From an uncultured Actinomycetota bacterium (GTDB taxonomy: Bacteria > Actinomycetota > Actinomycetes > Actinomycetales > Kineosporiaceae), in the NCBI GenBank assembly GCA_963794075.1, contig CAWCCY010000005.1, positions 11,678 to 75,677 of the forward strand: a stretch of DNA of 64,000 nucleotides, written 5' to 3'. Shown one piece after another: positions 42,526 to 52,914 of the stretch. The position numbers and the translations under genes are program-made. A model generated the notes under the pieces. The model was not told the origin of the DNA and ran no database searches. It saw only the letters and a program-made list of their open reading frames with translations. Every line of letters starts with the position of its first letter. The first letter of the stretch is position 1.

Positions 42526-44067
42526 TCAGCCCTGCCCGCCGCCGTGTGCGACGTGACGGCGCACCGCGGCGGCGAACGCGTCGCCGCGCTCGCCGTAGTC
42601 GGCGAACTGGTCGAGGGAGGCGCACGCCGGCGAGAGCAGCACCGTGTCGCCGGGCCGGGCGAGCGACGCCGCGGCCTCGACGACGAGGTCCATGAGCCCG
42701 TCCGGGCTGGCAGCGGTCACCCTCCAGTCTGGGCGACGTCGACCTCGAGGACCGGAACATCCGGGGCGTGTCGGGCCAGCGCCTCGCGCACGAGGTCGCG
42801 GTCGCGACCGAGGAGCACCGCGCCGCGCAGCCGCGGGGCGTGCGCCGCGACGAGGTCCTCGAACCGGGCGCCCTTGGCGAGGCCGCCGGCGACCCAGACC
42901 ACCGTGTCGAAGCCCCGCAGCGCCGCGTCGGCCGCATGCGGGTTCGTCGCCTTCGAGTCGTCGATCCACGTCACGCCGCCGCTCTCGGCGACGCGCGCGA
43001 GCCGGTGCGCGGGCGGCACGAGCGCGCGCAGACCGTCGCGGACGGCCACGGGCGGCACGCCGGCGGCGCGGGCGAGGGCCGCGGCGGCGAGCGCGTTCTC
43101 GACCAGGTGCGGCGCGAGGACGCCGCCGGCGCCGGCCCGCACGTCGTCGAGGGTGGCGAGCTCGGCGGCCGAGGTCCGCCGCTGCGCGACGAAGGCCCGG
43201 TCGGCGAGGACGTCCTCGACCACCCCCAGCATCGACAGCCCGGGGATCCCCAGCGTGAAGCCGACGGCGCGGCAGCCCTCGACGACGTCGGCCTCGCGGA
43301 CGAGCTCCTCGGTCGCGCGGGTCGGCGACGTTGTAGACGCAGGCGACCTGGGTGTTCTCGTAGACCCTGCCCTTGTCGCGGGTGTAGGCCGCCATGCTGC
43401 CGTGCCAGTCGAGGTGGTCGACCGCGATGTTGAGGCAGGCGCTGGCCAGCGGCGACACGGACGCCGTCGAGTGCAGCTGGAAGCTGGAGAGCTCGACGGC
43501 CAGCACGTCGTACGGCTGCGGGTGGAGCACGGCCTCGAGCACGGGTGTGCCCGCGTTGCCCACCGCGGCACTGCGCAGGCCGGCGGCGGTGAGCATCGCC
43601 GCGAGCATGGTCACCGTCGTCGTCTTGCCGTTGGTGCCGGTCACCGTGAGCCACGGGGCCGCGCCGGTGGCCGGGCGCATCCGCCAGGCGAGCTCCACCT
43701 CGCTCCACACCGGGACGCCGGCGCCGGCCGCCCCGGCGAGCACGGGGTGGTCCGGGCGCCAGCCGGGCGACGTCACCACGAGGTCGGCGGCCCCGTCGCC
43801 GACCGCCGGGAGGGCGTCGGCCGCACCCGCGCCGAGGCGCACCTGCGCGCCGAGGGTGTCCAGGATGACGGCGCGTTCGCGCTGGGCGGGCCCGTCGCCG
43901 GCGTCGACGACGACCACGCGGGCGCCACGCTCGACCAGGGCGTCGGCGGCCGCGAAGCCCGACGCGCCGATGCCGGCGACCACCACGCGCAGGCCGGCCC
44001 AGTCGGCGCCGCCGTGGGTGAGGCCCGCGAGCCGCCCCGGCGCGGCGGCGGAGGCGTCGGACGTCAC
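42526..44067 (-). pseudogene. murD: UDP-N-acetylmuramoylalanine--D-glutamate ligase, compensated pair of frame breaks as sequenced
   Basis: The N-terminal part ([10 protein letters not shown]...VVAGIGASGFAAA...VTGTNGKTTTVTM...ACVYNVADP) and C-terminal part (VTAASPDGLMDLVV...LLSPACASLDQF) are in the frame of ORF 42526..44370. The middle 600 nt (TEELVREADVVEGCRAVGFTLG...WIDDSKATNPHAA...VLEVDVAQTGG) is in ORF 42717..43571. Breaks near 43312-43316 and 42720-42722. Confidence 0.85.
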
Positions 44068-45149
44068 TGGCCCACCACCCACTCGGCGTAGAACACGCCC
44101 AGGCCGAGCCCGACGAAGAGCCCGGCGATGATCCAGAACCGGATGACGATCGTCACCTCGGCCCATCCGGCCAGTTCGAAGTGGTGCTGCAGCGGCGCCA
44201 TCCGGAACACCCGTTTCCCGGTGAGCTTGAACGACCCGACCTGGATGACGACCGACAGCGTGATGAGAACGAACAGGCCGCCGAGGAGCACCAGCAGCAG
44301 CTCGGTGCGGCGACGTGATCGCCAGCCCGGCGAGCGCCCCGCCGAGGGCGAGCGAGCCGGTGTCGCCCATGAAGATCTTCGCCGGCGACGGCGTTCCACC
44401 AGAGGAAGCCGAAGCACGATCCCAGCGCGGCCGCCGCGACGACCGCGAGGTCGCGGGGGTCGCGTACCTCGTAGCACTGCACGCCCGGCCGCTCCAGGCA
44501 GGAGTTGTTCGACTGCCAGATCCCGATCAGCACGTACGCGCTGAACACGAGCACGCGAGGCGCCGGTGGCGAGGCCGTCGAGCCCGTCGGTGAGGTTCAC
44601 CCCGTTGCTCCAGGCGGCGATCATGAGCAGCGCCCAGATCACGAACAGCACCAGCCCGACGGCGGCTCCCGCGAACGCGAGGTCGATCCCGGTGTCGCGG
44701 ATGAACGAGATCCGGGTCGAGGCCGGCGTCCGGAACGAGGTGCTCGGGAACTGCGAGCGCGAGCAGCGGCGAACGTGATGGCCACGGCGGACTGCCCGGC
44801 GAGCTTGGCGCCGGCGCGCAGCCCCAGGCTGCGCTGCCGCGAGATCTTCAGGTAGTCGTCGAGGAAGCCCACGATGCCCAGCCCGGTCATGAGGAACAGC
44901 ACGAGCACCGCCGACATCGTCGGCTCCCACATCGTCGCCCCGTGCGCGACGGCGTAGCCGAGCAGGGTCGCCGCCGATGATCACGGCGCCGCCCATCGTC
45001 GGCGTGCCGCGCTTGGTGTGGTGCCCGGTCGGCCCGTCGTCGCGGATGAACTGGCCGTACCCGCGCGCCACAGGAACCGGATGTAGAGCGGGGTTCCGAA
45101 GAGCGAGCAGACCAGGCGCGACCGCAGCCGCGATGAGGACGGTCTTCAC
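44064..45149 (-). pseudogene. mraY: phospho-N-acetylmuramoyl-pentapeptide transferase MraY, at least seven frame breaks as sequenced
   Basis: Conserved MraY sequence must be followed through ORFs 44064..45341, 44639..44932, 44153..44554 and 42526..44370 plus one short unlisted frame. See the finding for the segment list. Confidence 0.85.
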
Positions 45150-46590
45150 GCGGCGGTCCCCCGGCCCCACGGGGGACGTCGTCGAGCAGGGCGGCCGCGA
45201 CGACGTCGAGGCCGACCGACCTGGAGGCCTTGACGAGGACGACGTCACCGGGGGCCAGCTCCGCGCGCAGCAGGGCGAGGGCGGCGGCGGCGTCCGGCAC
45301 CCAGGCCGACTCCTCACCCCAGGACCCCTCCTGGCCCGCACCGGTGTGGATCGCGCGCGCGCCGGCGCCGACCGCGACGAGCCGGGAGATGTCGAGGCGG
45401 ACGGCCAGCCGGCCGATCCGGTCGTGCTCGTCGAGCGCGTCGGCGCCGAGCTCGAGCATCTCCCCGAGGACCGCCCAGGTGCGGCGTCCGGCCGGTCGCG
45501 CGGTGTGCGCCCTCGGGCCGGCCCATCGCGGCGAGCGCCTTCAGCGCGGCGCGCACCGAGTCGGGGTTCGCGTTGTACGCGTCGTTGACGACGGTGACGC
45601 CGTCGGCGCGGGTGGTGACCTCCATCCGCCAGCGGCTCGCCGGCCGGGCGCCCGAGAGGAGCTCGGCGATCCGGGCCGGCGACAGGCCCGCCTCGAGCCC
45701 GACGGCGGCGGCGGCGAGCGCGTTCGCGACGTGGTGCTCCCCGTGGAGCAGCAGGGCGACGCGTGCGCTGCCCTGGGGACAGGAGAGGGTGAACGAGGGC
45801 CGCGACCAGGCGTCGAGGCTGACGTCGTCCGCGCGGACGTGCGCGTGCGGCGCGCGGCCGGTCAGGACCACCCGGCCCCGGGTGCGCGCGGCCATGGCGG
45901 CGACGAGCGGGTCGTCGGCGTTCAGCACCGCCACGCCGCTCTCCCCCACGGCCGCCGGCAGCTCGCCCTTGGTGGCGGCCGTCGCCTCCCGCGAGCCGAA
46001 GACGCCGGCGTGGGCGGCGCCGACGTTGAGGACCACGGCGACGTCGGGCGGCGTGATCCGGGTGAGGTAGGCGATGTTGCCGGGCCTGCGCGCACCCATC
46101 TCGGCGACCAGCCAGCGCGTGCCCTCGTCGCAGCGCAGCGCCGTCAGGGGCAGCCCGATCTCGTTGTTGAGCGAGCCGACCGGCGCGATCGTCGGCCCGA
46201 CGGCGCCCAGCAGGACCGCCAGCAGGTCCTTCGTACTCGTCTTGCCGGACGACCCGGTGACGCCGACGACGCGCAGGTCGGGCAGCGCGTCGACGACGTG
46301 CCGGGCGAGGGCGCCCAACGCTTCGAGCTGATCGGGGACGACGACGCAGGGGGCGTCGACCTCGCGGCCGGCCAGGACGGCCACCGCCCCCGCCGCGACG
46401 GCCTCGGCGGCGTGGTCGTGGCCGTCGGCCCGGGTGCCCTCGAGCGCGACGAAGAGCGCGCCCGGCGCGGCCTGCCTGCTGTCGACGACGACGGGCCCGG
46501 TGACGACGGCGTCCTCGGCCAGGTCTCCCGCTCCCCGGCGAGCCGGCCGCCGGTGACCGCGGCCAGCTCGGGCAGCCCGATCGCGATCAC
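45146..46590 (-). pseudogene. murF: UDP-N-acetylmuramoyl-tripeptide--D-alanyl-D-alanine ligase MurF, three frame breaks as sequenced
   Basis: [19 protein letters not shown] is in ORF 46144..46590. [17 protein letters not shown]...[14 protein letters not shown]...[10 protein letters not shown]...ALAAMG is in ORF 45314..46384. [23 protein letters not shown]...[12 protein letters not shown] is in ORF 44887..45459. The inferred stop TGA 45146-45148 overlaps the mraY GTG and sits in a third frame. Breaks near 46527-46529, 45481-45486 and 45150-45185. Confidence 0.85.
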
Positions 46591-48160
46591 CGGGCCTCCC
46601 GCTCGGCGGCCTCGTCGAGCGCGGCGCGCAGGGCGGTGCGGTCGTCGAACGGGTGGACCACGCCTGCGACCTCCTGGCCCTGCTCGTGTCCCTTGCCCGC
46701 GACGAGGACGACCCCGCCGCCCCAGGCGCGGCGCACGCCCTGCGCGATCGCCTCGGCCCGGCCGGGCACCTCGAGCACGGTGGCGCCGCCGGCGGCGGCC
46801 TCGCGCCGGGCGCCGTCGAGCAGGGCCGCGCGGATCGCCGCCGGGTCCTCCGAGCGCGGGTTGTCGTCGGTCACGACCACGACGTCGGCGCCCCGCGCGG
46901 CGGCGGCGCCCATCAGCGGGCGCTTCTCACGGTCGCGGTCGCCGCCGGCGCCGAGCACGACGACGAGCGGGCCGCCCGCGCCGGGCGCCGCGCCGTGCAG
47001 GGCCGCGAGCGCCTGGTCGACGGCGTCCGGGGAGTGGGCGAAGTCGACGACCGCCAGCGGGGCACCCGGCGGGCGGCCCGGCTCCCCGACGCGTTCCATC
47101 CGCCCGGGCACCGGGCCGGCGACGGCCAGCGCCTTGGCGGCGTGCTCCGCGTCGAGCCCCGCCTCCACCAGGACGGCGAGGGCGAGCAGGGTGTTGGCCA
47201 GGTTGAAGCGGCCCGGCAGGGGGCTGCGCAGCTCGATGTCGATGCCGGCGGGGCCGGCGACGCGGGCCACCGACAGGCCGGCGTCCGACCGTCCGAGACG
47301 ACGCGCCAGTCCGCGGCAGCCGCCGCACCCGGCCGTGTCGCGACGGTGGTCACCGGCACGCGTGTCACGCTCGCGGCGAGCCGGGCGCCGGCCTCGTCGT
47401 CGACGCAGACCACGCCGCGGCGGGAGTGTTCGGGGGTGAAGAGGGACGCCTTGGCCGCGAAGTACGCCTCCATCGACCCGTGGAAGTCGAGGTGGTCCCG
47501 GCTGAGGTTGGTGAAGGCCGCCACGTCGACCACGAGGCCGTCGACGCGGTGCTGCGCGAGCGCGTGGCTGGAGATCTCCATCGAGCACACCGTCACGCCG
47601 CGCTCGACCATCACGGCGAGCAGGGCGTGCAGGTCCGGGGCCTCCGGTGTGGTGCCCGTCGACGGGATGCGCAGCCCCCCGGCCCGCAGCTCGACGGTCC
47701 CGACCAGGCCGGTGCGCCGGCCGGCGGCCCGCAGCGCCGCGTCGAGCAGTGTCGTGCTCGTCGTCTTGCCGTTCGTGCCGGTCACGCCGAGCGTCAGCAG
47801 CTTCGCCGCCGGCTCGCCGTAGAGCCACGCGGCCAGGGAGCCGAGGACGGCCCGCGGCTCGGCCACGACGGCGACCGGCAGGCCGGCGGCCGCGGCCGGC
47901 CCGGCGCCGGCCGGATCCGTGAGGACGGCCACCGCACCCGCCCGCGCCGCCTGCTCGGCGTACTGCGCACCGTGGGTGCGTGACCCGGGGAGCGCCGCGT
48001 AGAGGTCACCGGGCCGCACCGCCCGCGAGCTGAGGGTCACCCCTGTCACCGGGGCCGCGGGCTCCGGCCGGCGCAGCGGATCGAGGCCCAGGTACGCGAG
48101 GACCTCGGCCAGGGGCCGGGGGACGACGTGGTCGGGGCGGGGGCCGCCGGGGATCGGCAC
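46587..48160 (-). pseudogene. murE: UDP-N-acetylmuramoyl-L-alanyl-D-glutamate--2,6-diaminopimelate ligase MurE, one frame break as sequenced
   Basis: ORF 46913..48160 (..LGVTGTNGKTTSTTL...CSMEISSHAL...FTNLSRDHLDFHG...) continues in ORF 46587..47828 (..SDAGLSVARVAGPAGIDIELRSPLPGRFNLANT...DFAHSPDA...GAGGDRDREKRP..GKGHE). Break at 47283-47297. Start GTG 48160 is tentative. Confidence 0.85.
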
Positions 48161-48178
48161 GATGCGTCAGGCTACCGG

Positions 48179-50272
48179 TCAGTTCCAGCGCAGCGGCATG
48201 CGAGGCGTGGTCGTGCCCGTCGGCGGGATCTTCTGCTGCGCCAGCGCGTACGCCATGAGCTGGGAGAAGACCGGCGCCGCCGCCTGCCCGCCGAAGTAGT
48301 CGTGCTTCGGCCGGTCGAACACGACGGCCACGACGAGATGCGGGTCGTCGGCGGGCGCCATCCCGATGAAGCTCGCGGTGTACGCGCCCGCCTGGTAGCC
48401 GCCGTGACCGTCCGGGTACTGGGCCGTACCGGTCTTGCCCGCGACCCGGTAGCCGGGGATGGCCGCCTTGATCGCGGTGCCGTTGGTGCTGACCACCTGC
48501 TCCATCATCAGGCGCATCTTCCGGGCCGTGTCGGCACTGACCACGCGCAGTCCGTCGGTGGCCGGGGCCGGCCGGAAGACCCCGTCGGCGCAGGTCTGCC
48601 CCGAGACGATCCGGGGCTGGCGGCGGACGCCGTCGTTGGCGAGGGTCGCGAAGACGTCGGCCGCCTGCAGGGTGGTCACCGAGAGGCCTTGGCCGAACAT
48701 GACGGTGTACCGCTGCGACCCGCTCCACTGCTCGTACGGAGCGAGCAGCCCCGGCGACTCGGCGAGCCCGATCCCGGTGGGCGCGCCGAGGCCGAACAGG
48801 CGCAGGTACTTGTCGAGGGTCACGGGCGCGAGCTTCTCGCCGGTCAGGATCGTGCCGATGTTGCTCGACTGCGCGAGGACGCCGGCCACCGTCAGCTGCT
48901 CGGTGCCGTGGAACTCGGCATCGTGGAACGTCACGTCGGCGCGCCGCAGCACCGGCGGGACGGAGACCTTCGTGGCGGGCGTGGAGCTCTTCTCCTCCAG
49001 GGCGGCCGCCAGCGTGATCACCTTGGCGGTGGACCCGGGCTCGAAGGTGTCGAGCAGGCTGCGGTCGTTCAGGGTCGACTGGCCGGCCTTCTCGGGATGG
49101 TTCGGGTCGTAGGTCGGCACGACGGCGAGCGCGCGCACCTCGAACGTGCGGGTGTCGACGACGACCGCGTACCCACCCTTGGCCTGCAGCGCCGACACCT
49201 GCGCCGAGAGCAGCTGCTGCGCCTTCCACTGCAGGTCGCGGTCGATGGTGGTGCGGATCGTGCAGCCGTCGCGCGGGTCGACGTCGGCGAGCACACCCGT
49301 CGGGATCTGCGCGCCGTCCAGGCTCTGCTCGTACGTGATCTGGCCCGGCGTGCCGGCCAGCTGGCTGTTGTAGGCCTGCTCGAGGCCGCCGTGCGCGGTG
49401 CCGTCGCCGGTGCCGACGAAGCCGAGCACGTTGGCGGCGACCAGGCCGGAGGGGTAGAGCCGCCGGCTCGTCTGGTAGGTGGCCAGGCCCGGGATGGCGA
49501 GGCGCAGCACCTGGCGTGCCACGTCGGGGGCGACGCCGCGGGCGATCGTCGCGCCCCGGCTCGTTCCGGTCAGCTTCGCCGCGAGGGCGTCGACGGACTG
49601 GCCCAGCAACGGCGCGAGATCCTCGGCGGCACCGCGCAGCCCGACCGTGGGGCGGTCCTCCCCGACCTGCCGCTTGTACCGGCCGACGAGGGTCTGGTCG
49701 ACCCGGATGTCGCGCAGCTCCACGGTCGTGGCGAGGGTGGCCCCGGCGGCGTCCAGGATGTCGCCGCGGTGGGCGAAGAGTGGCTGGCTGCGGGTGCGGT
49801 TCTTGAGCGCCTGCGCGGCGAGCGCGGAGGCGTCGAGCCCCTGCACCTGGATCAGTCGCCCGCCGAAGAGGCTCAGCAGGAAGAGCATGACGACCAGAGC
49901 CACGCGCAGGCGGCGTGCCGGGTCGGGCGGCGGCCGCCAGCGGCGCAACCGCGGCGGCCGGCGCGGCGGGGCAGGCGGACGGCGGCGTCCGCCCGGCGCG
50001 ACCGCACGGGCGCGACCGTTGGACGACGGGCGCACCGTTCCGTGCCGCCGGCTCCCTCGCGGCTCTCCCCTGGCTCTGCCGGCCCTGCTCGCTCTGCCGG
50101 CCCTGACCGCTCGGCCGGCTCGCTTGACGCTGCCGGCTCGGCCGGCCCGCGCGACTCTCCCTCGGCTCGGGCTCGCTGCGGCTCTCCGGGCTCGCGCGGC
50201 TCTCCGGGCTCGCGCGGCTCTCCGTGCCCGCTTGCCGTGGCGTGCCCGCTGGACGTCGCGGGCCTGCTTCAC
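48179..50272 (-). CDS. ftsI: class B penicillin-binding protein FtsI (PBP3)
   Basis: ORF 48179..50272. [19 protein letters not shown], dimerisation domain, transpeptidase motifs [12 protein letters not shown] (SxxK), SSN, KTGT. The real N-terminus is uncertain: a GGAGGGAGGG-ATG at 50432 opens another frame that may be the true start. Confidence 0.85.
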   Translation of the reverse strand: MKQARDVQRARHGKRARRAARARRAARARRAAASPSRGRVARAGRAGSVKRAGRAVRAGRASRAGRARGEPRGSRRHGTVRPSSNGRARAVAPGGRRRPPAPPRRPPRLRRWRPPPDPARRLRVALVVMLFLLSLFGGRLIQVQGLDASALAAQALKNRTRSQPLFAHRGDILDAAGATLATTVELRDIRVDQTLVGRYKRQVGEDRPTVGLRGAAEDLAPLLGQSVDALAAKLTGTSRGATIARGVAPDVARQVLRLAIPGLATYQTSRRLYPSGLVAANVLGFVGTGDGTAHGGLEQAYNSQLAGTPGQITYEQSLDGAQIPTGVLADVDPRDGCTIRTTIDRDLQWKAQQLLSAQVSALQAKGGYAVVVDTRTFEVRALAVVPTYDPNHPEKAGQSTLNDRSLLDTFEPGSTAKVITLAAALEEKSSTPATKVSVPPVLRRADVTFHDAEFHGTEQLTVAGVLAQSSNIGTILTGEKLAPVTLDKYLRLFGLGAPTGIGLAESPGLLAPYEQWSGSQRYTVMFGQGLSVTTLQAADVFATLANDGVRRQPRIVSGQTCADGVFRPAPATDGLRVVSADTARKMRLMMEQVVSTNGTAIKAAIPGYRVAGKTGTAQYPDGHGGYQAGAYTASFIGMAPADDPHLVVAVVFDRPKHDYFGGQAAAPVFSQLMAYALAQQKIPPTGTTTPRMPLRWN

Positions 50273-50496
50273 GCTTGCGGGGCTGCGGGTCGCGGGGAGG
50301 CTGGGGCCGGCTCGGCTGGGTCGACGCGGGGCGCCCCGGCGTGCGGGCTCGGCCCGCGGGGACCGTGCGGGAGGACGACGACGAGGCGCCGGGCTTGCGC
50401 CCGCGCCCCGGGGAACGGTCCTCGCCGTCCATCCCGCCCTCCCTCCGCCGTGCCGCCCGGGCCGGCCCCCGCCGCCCCGCCTCCGTTCCCCGTGCG

Positions 50497-51134
50497 TCAG
50501 TGCTTCGCGGCCGCCGTCCCGGGCTTCGGGCCGGCCGCGGTCCCGGCCGCCGTGTGCTTCGCCGTCGGCGTGCCCGCAGTCGGTTTGCCGGCCGCTGCCG
50601 CCGTGCCCGAGTCGGCTTGCCGGCCGCTGCCGCCGTGCCCGAAGCAGTTACTTTGGGCTTGACCGTGTTGACCGTAGGTGACGGTGGCGGCGTGGCCTTC
50701 TGCGCCACGCCGAGGGTGCGGCCGTCGGGCAGCACGAACGGCACCCCGGGCGCGGCGTCGACCATGCCGAGCCGCCGGGCGCTCCCGGCGAGCGCGTCCG
50801 GCGCCTCCAGCCCCCGGAGCTCGAGGGTGACCTTCTGCGCCTGCTCGCGCAGCTGCTCCGCCCGCGTGCTCTGGTCGCGCAAGTCGTAGGCGCCTCGCTC
50901 GAGGCTGACGTTGAGCAGGAGCAGCCCGACCAGGCCGACGAGGAGCAGGCAGACGCACACCACGACGAGCCCCGCCCGGCTGCGCGTGTGCCGCGGTGCG
51001 CTGACCGCGCGGAGCCGCGGCGCGGGCGCCGCGAGCCGGGCCGGGTGGCGCGGCGCCGAGCGCGCCGCCGGGCGGGCCGCCGGCCGCGGGGCCGTCCTCG
51101 GAGCCGTCTTCGTTGCCGCTGCCGACTGGCTCAT
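50497..51134 (-). pseudogene. ftsL: FtsL-like septation protein, frame-shifted by a 32-bp tandem duplication in its tail
   Basis: ATG 51134 overlaps the inferred rsmH stop (ATGA). [16 protein letters not shown]...[72 protein letters not shown]... Removing one copy of 50579-50642 restores a 201-aa ORF ending at TGA 50497. Confidence 0.65.
50579..50642. repeat. 32-bp tandem duplication (one mismatch)
   Basis: gtcggtttgccggccgctgccgccgtgcccga (50579-50610) followed by gtcggcttgccggccgctgccgccgtgcccga (50611-50642). Confidence 0.95.
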
Positions 51135-52209
51135 GCCGCATCCCCTCCCGCTGCTCCCCGGGCGCCCGCCGCGCGGGCACCCGTCGTCCGCCGGGCACGA
51201 TCCGTCCGCCGCCCGGCAGTGGCCCCCCCGGGCCTGATCCGTTCGCGCTGCCCGCAGCCGCACCGACGCGGCCCGCGGGTTCTCCTCGATCTCGGCCGGC
51301 GAGGCCGTCTCGGCACCCCGCGTCAGCAGCCGCAACCGCGGCGCGTGCTCGGGCGGCTCGACCGGCAGCCCGGGCGGGGCGGTGCTCGCCGCCCCGGCCG
51401 CCAGCACCCGCTTGGCGATGCGGTCCTCCAGCGAGTGGTACGCCAGGACGACGATGCGACCGCCGACGGCGAGCGCGTCGACCGCGGCGGGGACCGCCCG
51501 CCGAGGACCTCGAGCTCGCCGTTGACCTCGATCCGCAACGCCTGGAAGGTGCGCTTCGCCGGGTTCCCGCCGACCCGCCGGGTGGCCGCGGGCACGTTGG
51601 CGCGGACGACGTCCACGAGGCGCGCGCTCGTCGTGAAGGGCACGCGCTCGCGCTCGCGCACCACGGCCTTGGCGATGCGCAGGGCGAAGCGCTCCTCGCC
51701 GTAATCGCGCAGCACCCGGGCCAGCGCGCGCGGCGTCGTAGGTGTTGAGGAGTCCGCCGCCGTCGCGGCCGGCCGTCGGGTCCATCCGCATGTCGAGGGG
51801 GGCGTCGACGGAGTACGCGAAGCCGCGGTCGGCCTCGTCGAGCTGGAGCGAGGAGACGCCGAGGTCGAAGAGGACGCCCTGCACCTGCGGCGCCGATGCC
51901 GAGCTCGGCGAGGACGTCAGGGATGTCGTCGTACACCGCGTGGACGAGCCGGACCCGCGCACCGAAGGGCGCGAGCCGGCGCCCCGCGAGCGCCAGGGCC
52001 TGCGGGTCGCGGTCGATGCCCACGAGGGTCGCCGCCGGGCACTGCTCGAGCAGTGCCTCGGAGTGACCGCCCATGCCCAGCGTGGCGTCGACGACGACCG
52101 AACCCGGCTCGACCAGGGCCGGGGCCAGGAGCGCCACGCAGCGCCGGAGCATGACCGGCACGTGCCGCTCGCGCGCGTCGTCACCGCCCGGTGTGCCCGT
52201 GCCCGCCAT
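51131..52209 (-). pseudogene. rsmH: 16S rRNA (cytosine1402-N4)-methyltransferase RsmH, four frame breaks as sequenced
   Basis: [39 protein letters not shown]...AELGIGA is in ORF 50497..52209. [36 protein letters not shown] is in the 48006..52184 frame. [22 protein letters not shown]...[14 protein letters not shown] is in ORF 51323..51715. [31 protein letters not shown]...[12 protein letters not shown] is in the 48006..52184 frame again. ERIRPGG...* is in the ORF 51131..51316 frame. Confidence 0.85.
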
Positions 52210-52433
52210 CTCGACCCTCCTCGTGGCGCTAGCGCCCGCCCTGCCGCCGTGCCCGCGTGCGCCCCTGCCGTCCGCCGCGGGCGGACGCCGACCGGCGGTC
52301 AGGTCTCCCTCCGCTCCGGCCGGCCTGACACCGGGGAAGTGCGTCAGGACGTCGTAGCGGCTGGAGACCTCACCGCCGGTGCATGGCCCACCAGCTGATC
52401 CACCAGCTGGTCAGCAGGTGATCCACGGAACTG

Positions 52434-52865
52434 TCAGAACAGTCCCGGCACCACCTCCTCCGCCTGCTCGGCGAAGACCTCTTCCTGCCGGGCCAGGTAG
52501 GACTCCCAGGCCACGGCGTCCCAGATCTCGACGCGCTGGCCCGCGCCGATGACGGCGCAGTCGCGCTCGAGGCCCGCGTACGTCCGCAGCACCGGTGGGA
52601 TGGTGATCCGGCCCTGCTTGTCGAGCACCTCGTCGCTGGCTCCGGAGAGGAAGACACGCAGGTAGTCGCGGGCCTGCTTGCTCGTCACCGGTGCCTGGCG
52701 CAACTGGTCCGCCAGCCGCTCGAACTCGGCCATCGGGAAGACGTACAGGCAGCGTTCCTGCCCACGCGTCACCACGACCCCCGCCTCGAGCTGCTCGCGG
52801 AACTTCGCGGGAAGGATCAACCTCCCCTTGTCGTCCAGGCGGGGTGCATGGGTGCCGAGGAACAC
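52434..52865 (-). CDS. mraZ: transcriptional regulator MraZ
   Basis: ORF 52434..52931 trimmed to GTG 52865. [23 protein letters not shown]...[13 protein letters not shown] (two SpoVT/AbrB-like halves). Confidence 0.95.
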   Translation of the reverse strand: MFLGTHAPRLDDKGRLILPAKFREQLEAGVVVTRGQERCLYVFPMAEFERLADQLRQAPVTSKQARDYLRVFLSGASDEVLDKQGRITIPPVLRTYAGLERDCAVIGAGQRVEIWDAVAWESYLARQEEVFAEQAEEVVPGLF

Positions 52866-52914
52866 GGCCCTCGCCTCCCATCCAGGCCCCCGTACCTCCC
52901 GCCTGCCCCAGTGG

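Noticed and set aside
48006-52184. 1392-aa ORF that looks like a giant protein spanning rsmH-ftsL-ftsI-murE
   Set aside because: It is a chimera. Only short stretches (parts of rsmH and ftsL) are real coding in this frame. The rest is an out-of-frame read over ftsI, kept open by GC richness and by the 32-bp duplication removing the ftsL stop.
51131-52209. RsmH-FtsL in-frame fusion
   Set aside because: It is an artefact of an extra base near 51244-51248. The corrected frame ends in the usual ATGA overlap with the ftsL start.
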